Origin: a virus
Lineage: Duplodnaviria > Heunggongvirae > Uroviricota > Caudoviricetes
DNA: 64,000 bases
IMG/VR virus record: IMGVR_UViG_3300028886_000031
Location: 216,485 to 280,484 of that record
Reading direction: 5' to 3' (one strand)
Shown: one piece after another, positions 55,701-64,000 of the stretch
How the letters are laid out: the number at the start of each line of letters is the position of its first letter
Numbering within the stretch: position 1 is the stretch's first letter
The notes under the pieces: generated by a model
Databases searched by the model: none
Told to the model about the DNA's origin: nothing
The model's input: the letters and a program-made list of their open reading frames with translations, nothing else
Position numbers and translations under genes: made by a program

Positions 55701-57149
55701 ATGGAAAATGAATTCAATATTATGTTAGCCAGTGATAGCTATAAGTTCGGTCACTGGAAGGCGTACATGCCAGATACAGAATATGTATATTCTTACTTAG
55801 AAGCACGTAAAGGTGCCAAGTTTAATAAAACATTATGGTTTGGACTTCAATCAATTATTCTAAAATATCTTAGTGGAACAGTTGTAACAGATCAGAAAAT
55901 TAGAGAAGCTAAAAGTTATATTGATTTACATCTTGGTAAAGGTGTTTTTAATGAAGATGGTTGGAGATACGTATTAAACAACTATAACGGTCGCTTACCA
56001 ATTCGTATAAATGCAGTAGAAGAAGGTAAACTTGTAGATGTTGGAAATGTTTTGATGACTGTAGAAAATACAGATCCAAATGTTCCATGGCTTACAAATT
56101 ATCTAGAAACTATATTAATGCAGGTTTGGTATCCTACAACTGTTGCAACACAAGATTGGGAAACAAAACAATTGTTGAAATATTATCTTCAACGTACTGG
56201 ATGTTCTGAAAAAGGACTTCCATTCATGTTGCATGGTTTTGGTATGAGAGCAGCAACTTCTTACGAAAGTTGTGCTCTTGCTGATGCTGCACACTTAATT
56301 AACTTTAAAGGTACAGATACAGTTCCAGCATTAAAATTTATATGCGAATATTATGGAAAAACTTTAACATGTAGAAATATTCAAGAAATACAAGAGAATC
56401 CAAGTATTGATTTTCCCGGATATAGTGTTTTTGCTACAGAACACAGCATTATGACTTCTAGAGGTGAAGCTGGTGAATGGGATGTAGTAGAAAACATATT
56501 TAAGGCATGTCCATCTGGCATATGCAGCATTGTTATTGATAGTTATGATTATAGAAGATTTATCAATACATGTGGTCAAAGATTTTACGAAACAATTATG
56601 AATAGGGATGGCAAAACCGTATTTAGACCGGACTCCGGCGATCCCATTTCTACTACATTAGACGTATTGGAATTGCTAGATAGTCATTTTGGATCCACAA
56701 AAAATGCTGCTGGATTTAAAGTTTTAAATCCAAAAATTGGCGTTTTGTGGGGTGATGGAATAGATTACAATGGTGTTCGTGATATTCTCTTTGCAATGTT
56801 TAATGCTGGATGGGCAGCAGAAAACATTGTATTTGGCATGGGTGGTCACATGGTTCAATCCGGATTAACAAGAGATACAATGCGTTTTGCATTTAAGTGT
56901 TCAGCACAATACTATAAAGGTGAATGGCATGATGTTTGGAAACATCCAATAGATATTACTAAAGCATCTAAGCGTGGTCGTTTAGCATTATTACATGTTA
57001 AAGGACAAGATGGAAATATGTTCTATAAAACCATTAGGGATTTTGAATTAAAGAATCCAAATGATAATCAGTTAAGATGTATATTTGAAAACGGATATTT
57101 ACGTGAGCGTGTATCATTTGATGATGTAAAGATAAATTCTACATTATAG
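55701..57149 (+). CDS. nadV: nicotinamide phosphoribosyltransferase (NAMPT)
   Basis: N-terminus MLASDSYKFGHWKAY and internal GFGMRAATSYESCALADAAHLINFKGTDT are NAMPT family signatures. Length is 482 aa. Confidence 0.75.
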   Translation: MENEFNIMLASDSYKFGHWKAYMPDTEYVYSYLEARKGAKFNKTLWFGLQSIILKYLSGTVVTDQKIREAKSYIDLHLGKGVFNEDGWRYVLNNYNGRLPIRINAVEEGKLVDVGNVLMTVENTDPNVPWLTNYLETILMQVWYPTTVATQDWETKQLLKYYLQRTGCSEKGLPFMLHGFGMRAATSYESCALADAAHLINFKGTDTVPALKFICEYYGKTLTCRNIQEIQENPSIDFPGYSVFATEHSIMTSRGEAGEWDVVENIFKACPSGICSIVIDSYDYRRFINTCGQRFYETIMNRDGKTVFRPDSGDPISTTLDVLELLDSHFGSTKNAAGFKVLNPKIGVLWGDGIDYNGVRDILFAMFNAGWAAENIVFGMGGHMVQSGLTRDTMRFAFKCSAQYYKGEWHDVWKHPIDITKASKRGRLALLHVKGQDGNMFYKTIRDFELKNPNDNQLRCIFENGYLRERVSFDDVKINSTL

Positions 57150-57329
57150 TAGAGTAAAGACAATTTCACTTAGGTTCCCTGCTGTAGTTTAATTAAAACA
57201 TCATTGTCCTTCAATAAACCATGGAGTGTTGAAGGACGGTGAAGATGTCGGTACGATTGCAATCCAGCTGGCTCTGATCGAGTTAATCCAGACTGGCAGG
57301 GAATCTATCTAAAAGAAGGAGAGTGTGGA

Positions 57330-57887
57330 ATGATTCATTTGATAACTGGAGATGGATTAGGTGAAGATTATGAAAAAGAATTACGTTCATATATACAAGA
57401 AACAGATACTTTTGATTTTGAAGAAGTAGAAAAACATTCTATTGAATATATAAATAGATTTTTTGATGTAGAGGATACTAAAGAATTGAAATTTTGTTGT
57501 TTATCACCTTATGGTGATTTAATTACAAAAGCACAGATTCTTGACCTTTGCGTACTTGAAAATTTGCAAAATAAAAAGGCTGTTCTATTTGATCCAATGA
57601 ATTTTGTACATCCATATTATAAAAGAAAATTTACAAATAAAGTATGTGAATTATGTTCTAAGAACAAGCATAATTTTACAATCGTTACAAATGATGTAAA
57701 TATTATGACGGAAATTAGATTATGTGTTAAAGATAAAATTCTAAATTCAACTGATGTAAAAACAACATTCTATTGGAAAGATGAAAAGATAGATCTTAGG
57801 ATTTCTGAATATGGTTGTTATCAAGATTATCCAGACCATTTTTATGATCATGATTATGTAGATCAGTTAACAAGGTTATTTGACTAA
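57330..57887 (+). CDS. hypothetical protein (185 aa)
   Basis: ORF track. RBS aagaaggagagtgtggaATG. Confidence 0.5.
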   Translation: MIHLITGDGLGEDYEKELRSYIQETDTFDFEEVEKHSIEYINRFFDVEDTKELKFCCLSPYGDLITKAQILDLCVLENLQNKKAVLFDPMNFVHPYYKRKFTNKVCELCSKNKHNFTIVTNDVNIMTEIRLCVKDKILNSTDVKTTFYWKDEKIDLRISEYGCYQDYPDHFYDHDYVDQLTRLFD

Positions 57888-57901
57888 TTAGGAGGTAAAG
57901 A

Positions 57902-58459
57902 ATGTTTGATTTTCTATTCAAAAAGAAAGATTCAAAACCTGTAGACAATAATATTGTAAAAGTTGAATTAATTGGGTGTGATGATCAAAATAGATGTAAT
58001 TTATATTATGATTCAAAACAAGATAGATTTTATGATTTTGTAATACCATATAGAGAAGATTGTACTCTGGATATTTTAAAGAAATATTTTTTGGGAATAC
58101 TTCCAATACCATTTGTAAATGGTAGAAGTTATCCTTGGAGGGATCTTATTGGACATAGGGTAGATGATATTAGAAATTTAAAAGTTTTAGATCAAGATAT
58201 TATACAAGAATATTGTAATAAACATCTTGGTGAAAAGATATTTTTAAATAATGGCTGTATGATATTGTCTAGCTGTATAATTGGAAAATGTACTTATAGT
58301 ACATACAGTCGTTCAAAAGAAACAGATTTCTTTAATTATTGGAATTTGAATGGCAATTATCCATTCTCTATGATTCTTAATAAAATGCGCAATCAAGAAG
58401 AAAAAGATAATTTAATGAAAAAACTTCGCGGTATAGAGTATAAAATGGTATACGAATGA
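57902..58459 (+). CDS. hypothetical protein (185 aa)
   Basis: ORF track. RBS ttaggaggtaaagaATG. Confidence 0.5.
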   Translation: MFDFLFKKKDSKPVDNNIVKVELIGCDDQNRCNLYYDSKQDRFYDFVIPYREDCTLDILKKYFLGILPIPFVNGRSYPWRDLIGHRVDDIRNLKVLDQDIIQEYCNKHLGEKIFLNNGCMILSSCIIGKCTYSTYSRSKETDFFNYWNLNGNYPFSMILNKMRNQEEKDNLMKKLRGIEYKMVYE

Positions 58460-58472
58460 AGAGGAGTAAATT

Positions 58473-58700
58473 GTGCAAATTGGTACAAATTACTATAATG
58501 TAAAGTTGGAAAATGATAAAGGTATAGAAGTAAAAGTGAATAATGTATATACAGAAAAGGGTTTTTTTGATGCTGGAGAGAAAGCATTAAAATATGTTAA
58601 TTCCGTGAATAATGAAAATTGTAAAGTAATAGAAATTACAAGAGTTTTAAGAGATGCAACATTAACAGAATGTATGTTAGAAAACGGAAAGGAAAATTAA
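58473..58700 (+). CDS. hypothetical protein (75 aa, GTG start)
   Basis: RBS agaggagtaaattGTG. Confidence 0.45.
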   Translation: MQIGTNYYNVKLENDKGIEVKVNNVYTEKGFFDAGEKALKYVNSVNNENCKVIEITRVLRDATLTECMLENGKEN

Positions 58701-58701
58701 A

Positions 58702-58941
58702 ATGTTGAGAACGTGTGATCGATGTGGTATAGGCGATGATTATTACATGATGTATTTTGGTTTTAATAAAGATGATGTTGTAAATGTTATTTGTGATGAA
58801 TGTGCGATGAATCACAAAGACGAATATACAAATATAGTTTCTGTTCATACAATAGCAAAACTCGTTCCGCCAGTAGAAAATAAAATAAGAAAGGAAGTTT
58901 TAAATGACGATACAGGAAGTGTTCAAAAATCAGGGTCTTAA
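58702..58941 (+). CDS. hypothetical Cys-containing protein (79 aa)
   Basis: CDRC...CDEC pattern. Confidence 0.45.
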   Translation: MLRTCDRCGIGDDYYMMYFGFNKDDVVNVICDECAMNHKDEYTNIVSVHTIAKLVPPVENKIRKEVLNDDTGSVQKSGS

Positions 58942-59485
58942 GGTAGAATCATTTGAAATTAAACAAGAACATGTAGATATTAGAGATTTTAAAAATTTTG
59001 CTATTTATATTCCAGATGCTGGTATGAGTCGTATTTATGTGCTTAAGGCTTTAATTGGTGATAGATTATATACAAAATGTTATGGAGTTATTCCAACACA
59101 TTATACTAAAGAAATTGTTTTTAATTGTATGGTTGGAGACTATGAAGACTATAGAACAAGGATATTAATTAAAAAACCAGATATAGATCCAAGAACGAAT
59201 GTATATAACGAAGTAGTAATAACAGATCGTTGTGGAAGACTTACACAATTTAATGCCAATATATGTTACTGTAATGTAGATGGTATATATTCTACAACAG
59301 TGAGTGATAATTATATAGACAAATTTGTCAAATATGATAATGAATACATTGGTTATTTTCATACGTATGAAAAAGCCAAACATGCCATTTTAAAAATAAG
59401 AGAGGAATATCTCTTAGATTTAGAGATAAAAAAGAAACTTGTATTTTCTGACGAAGACGTAGAAATGGCTCTAAATGGAAATTGA
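58904..59485 (+). CDS. hypothetical protein (193 aa)
   Basis: RBS gaaaggaagttttaaATG. Overlaps the upstream gene by 38 nt. Confidence 0.45.
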   Translation: MTIQEVFKNQGLKVESFEIKQEHVDIRDFKNFAIYIPDAGMSRIYVLKALIGDRLYTKCYGVIPTHYTKEIVFNCMVGDYEDYRTRILIKKPDIDPRTNVYNEVVITDRCGRLTQFNANICYCNVDGIYSTTVSDNYIDKFVKYDNEYIGYFHTYEKAKHAILKIREEYLLDLEIKKKLVFSDEDVEMALNGN

Positions 59486-59644
59486 AGCATTTCGAATCCC
59501 ATATCATAATGGATTAACACACGTAAATGAAGTCATGAAGGTGTTTGCCACGGATAAAAAAACAGCAGAGCATATAGTCGAACATTCATTCACAAACAAA
59601 AACTCATACATTATAAAGGATGAACAAAGAAAGGAAGCAATACG

Positions 59645-59929
59645 ATGAATATTCATTTTACAAATGTCAAATGGGACTGTGATAATAAAAATGATTTAAA
59701 AAAATTAGATAAAGAGTTTACTGTAGACTTATACGATATTATTCCTCAAGATGAATTTGATGATATATTATCCGATTTTATATCAGAAAAATATGGATTC
59801 TGCCACGAAGGTTTCGAATATGACTTTACATCCTCTGAGATAGAACTTGGAAAACAGTTCAAAAAGTTAATTAAGGATGTTGTCAATGAGTTAAAAGGAG
59901 ATCAAAATGAATCAACTCACACAAAATGA
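59645..59929 (+). CDS. hypothetical acidic protein (94 aa)
   Basis: ORF track. Confidence 0.5.
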   Translation: MNIHFTNVKWDCDNKNDLKKLDKEFTVDLYDIIPQDEFDDILSDFISEKYGFCHEGFEYDFTSSEIELGKQFKKLIKDVVNELKGDQNESTHTK

Positions 59930-60500
59930 TATATATCTCGTAACGACAGATTGTGAGAATATTATTAGGAATTTACGCTTAGAGTATAAACAAAAAATAA
60001 AAGAAATTGTCGATAAACAAAATGGCTTAAAACACAAACTCCTTAAACGAGTTTGTGATATAATTAATATGACATATTTAAAAAATATTGATCCAAAAAT
60101 ATTCACATATGAAGACTGCAAAGAAAATCCAGCACTTCTTGATAGGTACTTAGATGAGTCCGATGAAATTAAATATACCAAAGATGGAAAATATATGGTA
60201 TTTAAAGAAAACGGTAATTACGCTTTCAGCTCTTATGTAATACCAATTGAAGTTATATGTAATCCAGAATTGGATGAAAAGTTCTCCAAATATATAGAAG
60301 CAATGCTTAGTAAAACAGATCTAGACTTTTTAGAAAATAGATACCTTACAACTAAAAAAGATTTTGCAAACACTGAGTATGAGTACAACAAAGCAAAATC
60401 CAAATTCATAACACAATACGAAAGTATATTAGAAAATACAAAATGGTATCATCGTTGGGATGAAGTTATAACACAAGATGGTGAAAAGATATTCACATGA
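59907..60500 (+). CDS. A-type module protein (C-terminal-region motif YxxSSYVIPIEV)
   Basis: The internal block FSSYVIPIEVICNPELDEKF parallels YYVFPVEVFRYSNNIKIRDKIF in 62154-62759 and YWIFPVEVFKYPNNYKK in 63578+. Confidence 0.5.
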   Translation: MNQLTQNDIYLVTTDCENIIRNLRLEYKQKIKEIVDKQNGLKHKLLKRVCDIINMTYLKNIDPKIFTYEDCKENPALLDRYLDESDEIKYTKDGKYMVFKENGNYAFSSYVIPIEVICNPELDEKFSKYIEAMLSKTDLDFLENRYLTTKKDFANTEYEYNKAKSKFITQYESILENTKWYHRWDEVITQDGEKIFT

Positions 60501-60787
60501 GTAATAAATCTATAGAAAATTCTATATATAGAGTTTATAAAAAAGATTTACTAAAAGCATTAGAAGATAAAATAGAACGCATTAAAAAACACATAGAAGA
60601 TTTTCCCGAATCTTTCGATTATTGTGTGAGAATTAATACAAATGTATTTATGTTAGATAACAAAGTAACTTATACATCATATAAGGCTCCAACTCAAAAA
60701 GATATAGATATGTTGCTAGAACCTGATATACATATAATTTATGATAGTGTAAACAAGTGTTACATGAGGGAGGTAGTTTTTGACTAG
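60497..60787 (+). CDS. hypothetical protein (96 aa)
   Basis: ORF track. ATGA overlap. Confidence 0.45.
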   Translation: MSNKSIENSIYRVYKKDLLKALEDKIERIKKHIEDFPESFDYCVRINTNVFMLDNKVTYTSYKAPTQKDIDMLLEPDIHIIYDSVNKCYMREVVFD

Positions 60788-61181
60788 GAATGATTTTGTT
60801 TCAAATAGTTCGTCTTGTAGTTTTGTTGTTTATATTGAAACACAACAGGACTTGGATGAACTTTCTAAAATATGGAAAGATGTTAGAAAATTAACAAATA
60901 ACCATGTGGAAGTATATGATAACTTAGAAGATGCCTGCAATAGATGTGGAATGTATTTCACAACTGGATATCTAGATAATAATGATTGGAACATGATAGA
61001 AGTTGGTGAAGCCATCAATGTTTCTAGTGGTGATGATCATTATCTATATTTCGAAAAAAAATTTGATGAATTACGTGATTTGTTTACTAATAATTATAAG
61101 TTTAAATTATATCGGGACTATGATGCCCATTATTCAACAGGAATGGATTACAAAGAAAAGGAGAAAAAATCATGTTCGTAA
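60780..61181 (+). CDS. B-type module protein 1 (N-terminus MTRNDFVSNSSSCSFVV)
   Basis: Shares the N-terminal DFVSNSSS(S/C)SF block with 61384-62142 and 62756-63283. Confidence 0.55.
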   Translation: MTRNDFVSNSSSCSFVVYIETQQDLDELSKIWKDVRKLTNNHVEVYDNLEDACNRCGMYFTTGYLDNNDWNMIEVGEAINVSSGDDHYLYFEKKFDELRDLFTNNYKFKLYRDYDAHYSTGMDYKEKEKKSCS

Positions 61182-61387
61182 AATTCGAAACAGATGAAGG
61201 ATTTATACATATAGAAACATTTCAAAAAATTACGACTGGAGTTGTAGATGCAAAAAGATATACTGAAATTAATGGAATTTGTGTGAGTTCGAAATATTAT
61301 AATGATTACATTAATGCTATAGAAGACGCAATTATTTCAAAACGTCCAATGGTTGATTTAACACCAGAAGGAATGGGAATAATATGA
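61172..61387 (+). CDS. hypothetical protein (71 aa)
   Basis: ORF track. Overlaps its neighbours by a few nt. Confidence 0.4.
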   Translation: MFVKFETDEGFIHIETFQKITTGVVDAKRYTEINGICVSSKYYNDYINAIEDAIISKRPMVDLTPEGMGII

Positions 61388-62142
61388 TTAGAACAGACTT
61401 TGTTTCCAATAGTTCTAGTAGTTCATTTGTGTTAAAAACCACAAAGGACATGACTGATAAAAGTACATATGAGCAGTTTTTAAAATATTTCTCTAGCGGA
61501 AATGTTCTTGATGGATATAATGTAGAGGAATATGAAAATGCTATTGCCGATCGAACTGTATTTAGTATATTTGAGTTTGAATTCTTTACTAAATATGATG
61601 AAAAACAAAAAGTATATGATAAGTATTATAACATTCCACCAATGGAATGTTTAACGGATGGTGAAGATATAGATACAATTATAGAAAATATTTTTAAAGA
61701 TCAGAATGGTGGTTTCGAAAGCAATGGATATTTCTTCGTACACGAGGATTTTGTTTTTGAACATAGAGGGATATCTGTTATAACTCCAAAATCTATAGAA
61801 TATACTAGAAAAATACTTAAATTGATTAGAGACCAAAAATGGCAACCAGAATTATATAAAGAAAATTATTATGTTATTAAAAATCATTTTGATAGATATA
61901 AAGATGATAAAGGAAAAAGTCGTTGTAGAACTCTTAATGTAGATGAAGCAGAAACTGTTCTAAACAAAATAGAAAAAGAACTTAAAAATGGTATAAACTA
62001 CATTGTTATAGCCATGTCTTATTCTGGTGACGGAATGGGTGCTGGAAAGTTATGGTATGACAAAGATTGGGATAAAGAAAAGAGTTGTTATAAAGAAATA
62101 GAAGAAAATAATTTTGGTGAAACTTTCTTCATAGACTGGTAG
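61384..62142 (+). CDS. B-type module protein 2 (N-terminus MIRTDFVSNSSSSSFVL)
   Basis: Conserved N-terminal block. Confidence 0.55.
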   Translation: MIRTDFVSNSSSSSFVLKTTKDMTDKSTYEQFLKYFSSGNVLDGYNVEEYENAIADRTVFSIFEFEFFTKYDEKQKVYDKYYNIPPMECLTDGEDIDTIIENIFKDQNGGFESNGYFFVHEDFVFEHRGISVITPKSIEYTRKILKLIRDQKWQPELYKENYYVIKNHFDRYKDDKGKSRCRTLNVDEAETVLNKIEKELKNGINYIVIAMSYSGDGMGAGKLWYDKDWDKEKSCYKEIEENNFGETFFIDW

Positions 62143-62153
62143 GAGGTGATAGC

Positions 62154-62759
62154 ATGACAAAGAAAACAGAACAAGAACTAGAAAGTTTAAGATGTACTAA
62201 TATTGTATTAAGCATATTACGTGATAGAAGGTCTGAAAAAATTAGACATGAACGTGCTGTCAAAGCATTAGAAATAGACATGTCGAATAAGTATATGGTA
62301 AAGATAGTATCTACAATGTATGAGCTATTAACAAAATTTAAGGTCAAAGAAGATATCTCAAATCCAGTATCCGGAAACGGATTTCTTGCTAATGACAATG
62401 GATATTATACCATACTATATAATACAATAGAATTATCATGTGATGAGAAATATATTAGAATAGACGATACTTGCGGTGATTATTACGTATTTCCAGTCGA
62501 AGTATTTAGATATTCTAACAACATAAAGATAAGAGATAAAATATTTCGTGATTTTCTAGATAGATGTCGAATTGTAACGCTACAGCAATCTATAGGTGAG
62601 TCAAATCGTAGAATAAAATTCTGGGATGAAACTATAACAGATGAAATTAAAAAGAGAAATAAAAACATAGCAAAATTAGACAGACTTACAAAAAAGAAGA
62701 TCGAACCTTTATATTTAACAGAGATTAAATTCGATAACAAAAAAAGGAGAGGAACATGA
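62154..62759 (+). CDS. A-type module protein 2 (FPVEVFRY motif)
   Basis: Shares ...ILYNTIELSCDEKYIRIDDTCGDYYVFPVEVFRYSNN with the partial gene at 63578+. Confidence 0.55.
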   Translation: MTKKTEQELESLRCTNIVLSILRDRRSEKIRHERAVKALEIDMSNKYMVKIVSTMYELLTKFKVKEDISNPVSGNGFLANDNGYYTILYNTIELSCDEKYIRIDDTCGDYYVFPVEVFRYSNNIKIRDKIFRDFLDRCRIVTLQQSIGESNRRIKFWDETITDEIKKRNKNIAKLDRLTKKKIEPLYLTEIKFDNKKRRGT

Positions 62760-63283
62760 TTAGACTGGATTTTGTATCAAATAGCTCATCTAGTAGTCAT
62801 ATTGTTATTGCACATGAAATAAACAATGAGCATTTACCAATAATTATGAATATTAAAAAGATATATGTTCCATCAAAAGATTATGGCACTCATAAATTTG
62901 GCTGGGAATGGATAGATTATAAAGATTTCTGGTCTAAGTTAAACTTCTGTGCTATTCAATTACATGATTTAAAGAAATATTGTAAAGAATGGAATCAATA
63001 CGATATAAAATATTACAGAGAATATTATAAAAGATATAGATTTGATAAATGTTTAAAAATGTTACAGAAGGTATGTAAAGAGAAATTCAATTTGGATGTA
63101 AAACTTAAATTGGAATATGAGAAAAATGAAGAATGGGAATATTATATAGATCATCAATCTTCGATTGTTGAAGCTACTAATATGGACATGTTTGAAAATG
63201 AAGATACATTATATAGGTTTTTGGGTAACGAGAGAGATTCTTATATAGAAGGTGGAAATGACAATGACTGTGGAGGTTATTAA
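62756..63283 (+). CDS. B-type module protein 3 (N-terminus MIRLDFVSNSSSSSHIV)
   Basis: Conserved N-terminal block. Confidence 0.55.
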   Translation: MIRLDFVSNSSSSSHIVIAHEINNEHLPIIMNIKKIYVPSKDYGTHKFGWEWIDYKDFWSKLNFCAIQLHDLKKYCKEWNQYDIKYYREYYKRYRFDKCLKMLQKVCKEKFNLDVKLKLEYEKNEEWEYYIDHQSSIVEATNMDMFENEDTLYRFLGNERDSYIEGGNDNDCGGY

Positions 63284-63285
63284 TT

Positions 63286-63567
63286 ATGAGAAAGTTATCT
63301 AAAATAATAATTTCTATTTCTATTATATTAACAACATTTCATCATGTAAAAAATTTACATCCTACTAATATACATTACCATAATCATCCGGAAACTAATT
63401 ATAATGGCATATATTATAAACAACTTAAACTTAAATGTATAAATTGTAAAGCTACATTCTGGGAAGTTCTGCCACATGAATATGATCCTATCTTACAAAA
63501 ATATGTCTGTATAGTACCAATTCCATTATATTGTAAAAAATGTCGTGGTGAATCTATTAATATGTAG
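63286..63567 (+). CDS. hypothetical Cys-rich protein (93 aa) with N-terminal hydrophobic segment
   Basis: CINCKAT...CKKCRGES zinc-ribbon-like. N-terminal IIISISIILTTF. Confidence 0.45.
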   Translation: MRKLSKIIISISIILTTFHHVKNLHPTNIHYHNHPETNYNGIYYKQLKLKCINCKATFWEVLPHEYDPILQKYVCIVPIPLYCKKCRGESINM

Positions 63568-63577
63568 AAAGGATGTT

Positions 63578-64000
63578 ATGAGTAAGACTTTAATGCCAGC
63601 ACATAAATCTTTCAATTGGACTTCACCATCTGAAGTTTTAGATAAACCAATTCCTGATATAGATGTAGTTCAGAAAATACTTATAGAAAAGAAATGTGTA
63701 GAAGATAGATATAAAAAAGAATGTGAGAATATCAACAATAGTTTAAAAAAGAAATATGTGGCTAATGTTTTATATATAATGTGGGAACTTATTACAACAA
63801 ATAAAGATATTAAATCTAATTTCCTTATACCAATTGATGATAATGGTGAATTGCTAGAATATAGATCTGGAAGATATTTTGATTTTACGTCATTAGAATT
63901 TTCTAAAAACGGTAGATATGTACGAGTTTATGATTCATGGGGAAGTTATTGGATATTTCCAGTAGAAGTATTTAAATATCCAAATAACTATAAAAAAATG
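63578..64000 (+). CDS. A-type module protein 3 (3' end truncated by window edge)
   Basis: Open to the window end. Paralog of 62154-62759 (YWIFPVEVFKYPNNYKK). Confidence 0.5.
   Translation, partial: MSKTLMPAHKSFNWTSPSEVLDKPIPDIDVVQKILIEKKCVEDRYKKECENINNSLKKKYVANVLYIMWELITTNKDIKSNFLIPIDDNGELLEYRSGRYFDFTSLEFSKNGRYVRVYDSWGSYWIFPVEVFKYPNNYKKM

Noticed and set aside
59535-59648. 37-aa ORF in the 59486-59644 gap
   Set aside because: It has an ATGA overlap with the next gene but no RBS and is very short, so it is left uncalled.
1-64000. CRISPR array, integrase, attachment site or IS element
   Set aside because: No direct-repeat/spacer periodicity, no tyrosine or serine recombinase motifs and no terminal inverted repeats of an IS were seen. 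The tRNA genes are intact with CCA rather than truncated att-type copies.

Overview
This is an AT-rich (about 29% GC by eye) dsDNA phage genome segment. Genes are tightly packed and often overlap by ATGA, and strong AAAGGAG-type ribosome binding sites are common. The content fits a large T4-like (myovirus-type) phage of a low-GC bacterial host.

Main features, from start to end:
- 1-10.4 kb: a plus-strand block that begins inside a QueC (7-deazaguanine pathway) gene and includes GT32-like and GT11-like glycosyltransferases, a RuvC-like nuclease, an HTH-metallophosphoesterase and a P-loop kinase.
- 10.5-20.3 kb: about 28 small, overlapping minus-strand genes with an early-gene look, several of them paralogous.
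- 20.2-22.3 kb: a BCS1-like AAA ATPase and a small phosphoribosyltransferase.
- 23.1-33.4 kb: a tRNA island. It holds nine canonical tRNAs, all with encoded CCA: Thr-UGU, Pro-UGG, Ser-UGA, Tyr-GUA, a Ser-like tRNA with the unusual anticodon ACU, Glu-UUC, Ile-GAU and Lys-UUU; the ninth, Gln-UUG, sits apart at 53.5 kb. It also holds a 312-nt tmRNA-like RNA with a tRNA-like CCA end, an HNH endonuclease, three paralogous calcineurin-like phosphoesterases, a TilS-like PP-loop ATPase and an SPFH lipoprotein. It ends with three tandem tRNA-like genes that have greatly expanded anticodon or variable regions.
- 34.3-35.3 kb: a HAD phosphatase followed by a YqeY/GatB-like tRNA-binding domain.
- 36.5-37.0 kb: a GC-elevated island carrying one orphan ORF.
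- 38.4-52.9 kb: a glycan-modification module (TupA-like ATP-grasp, two GT25 paralogs, GT2, pyruvyl transferases, a nucleotidyltransferase-aminotransferase fusion, a TagF-like transferase and a secreted non-specific nuclease). It is interrupted at 40.2-44.9 kb by seven paralogous genes whose N-termini (MK[QHY]YSF[LI]xE[SD]) resemble the T4 capsid-targeting sequence with an LxE prohead-protease site, which suggests an array of virion-packaged, injected internal proteins.
- 53.7-57.1 kb: an HD hydrolase followed by a bifunctional NMNAT-Nudix enzyme and NAMPT (NatV/NadV-type NAD+ salvage).
- 59.9-64.0 kb: a tandem array of two alternating paralog families, one with N-terminus M[IT]RxDFVSNSSSSSF and one with C-terminal motif FP[VI]EVF.

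No CRISPR array or integrase was seen. Functional calls rest on motif recognition only; no database searches were possible.
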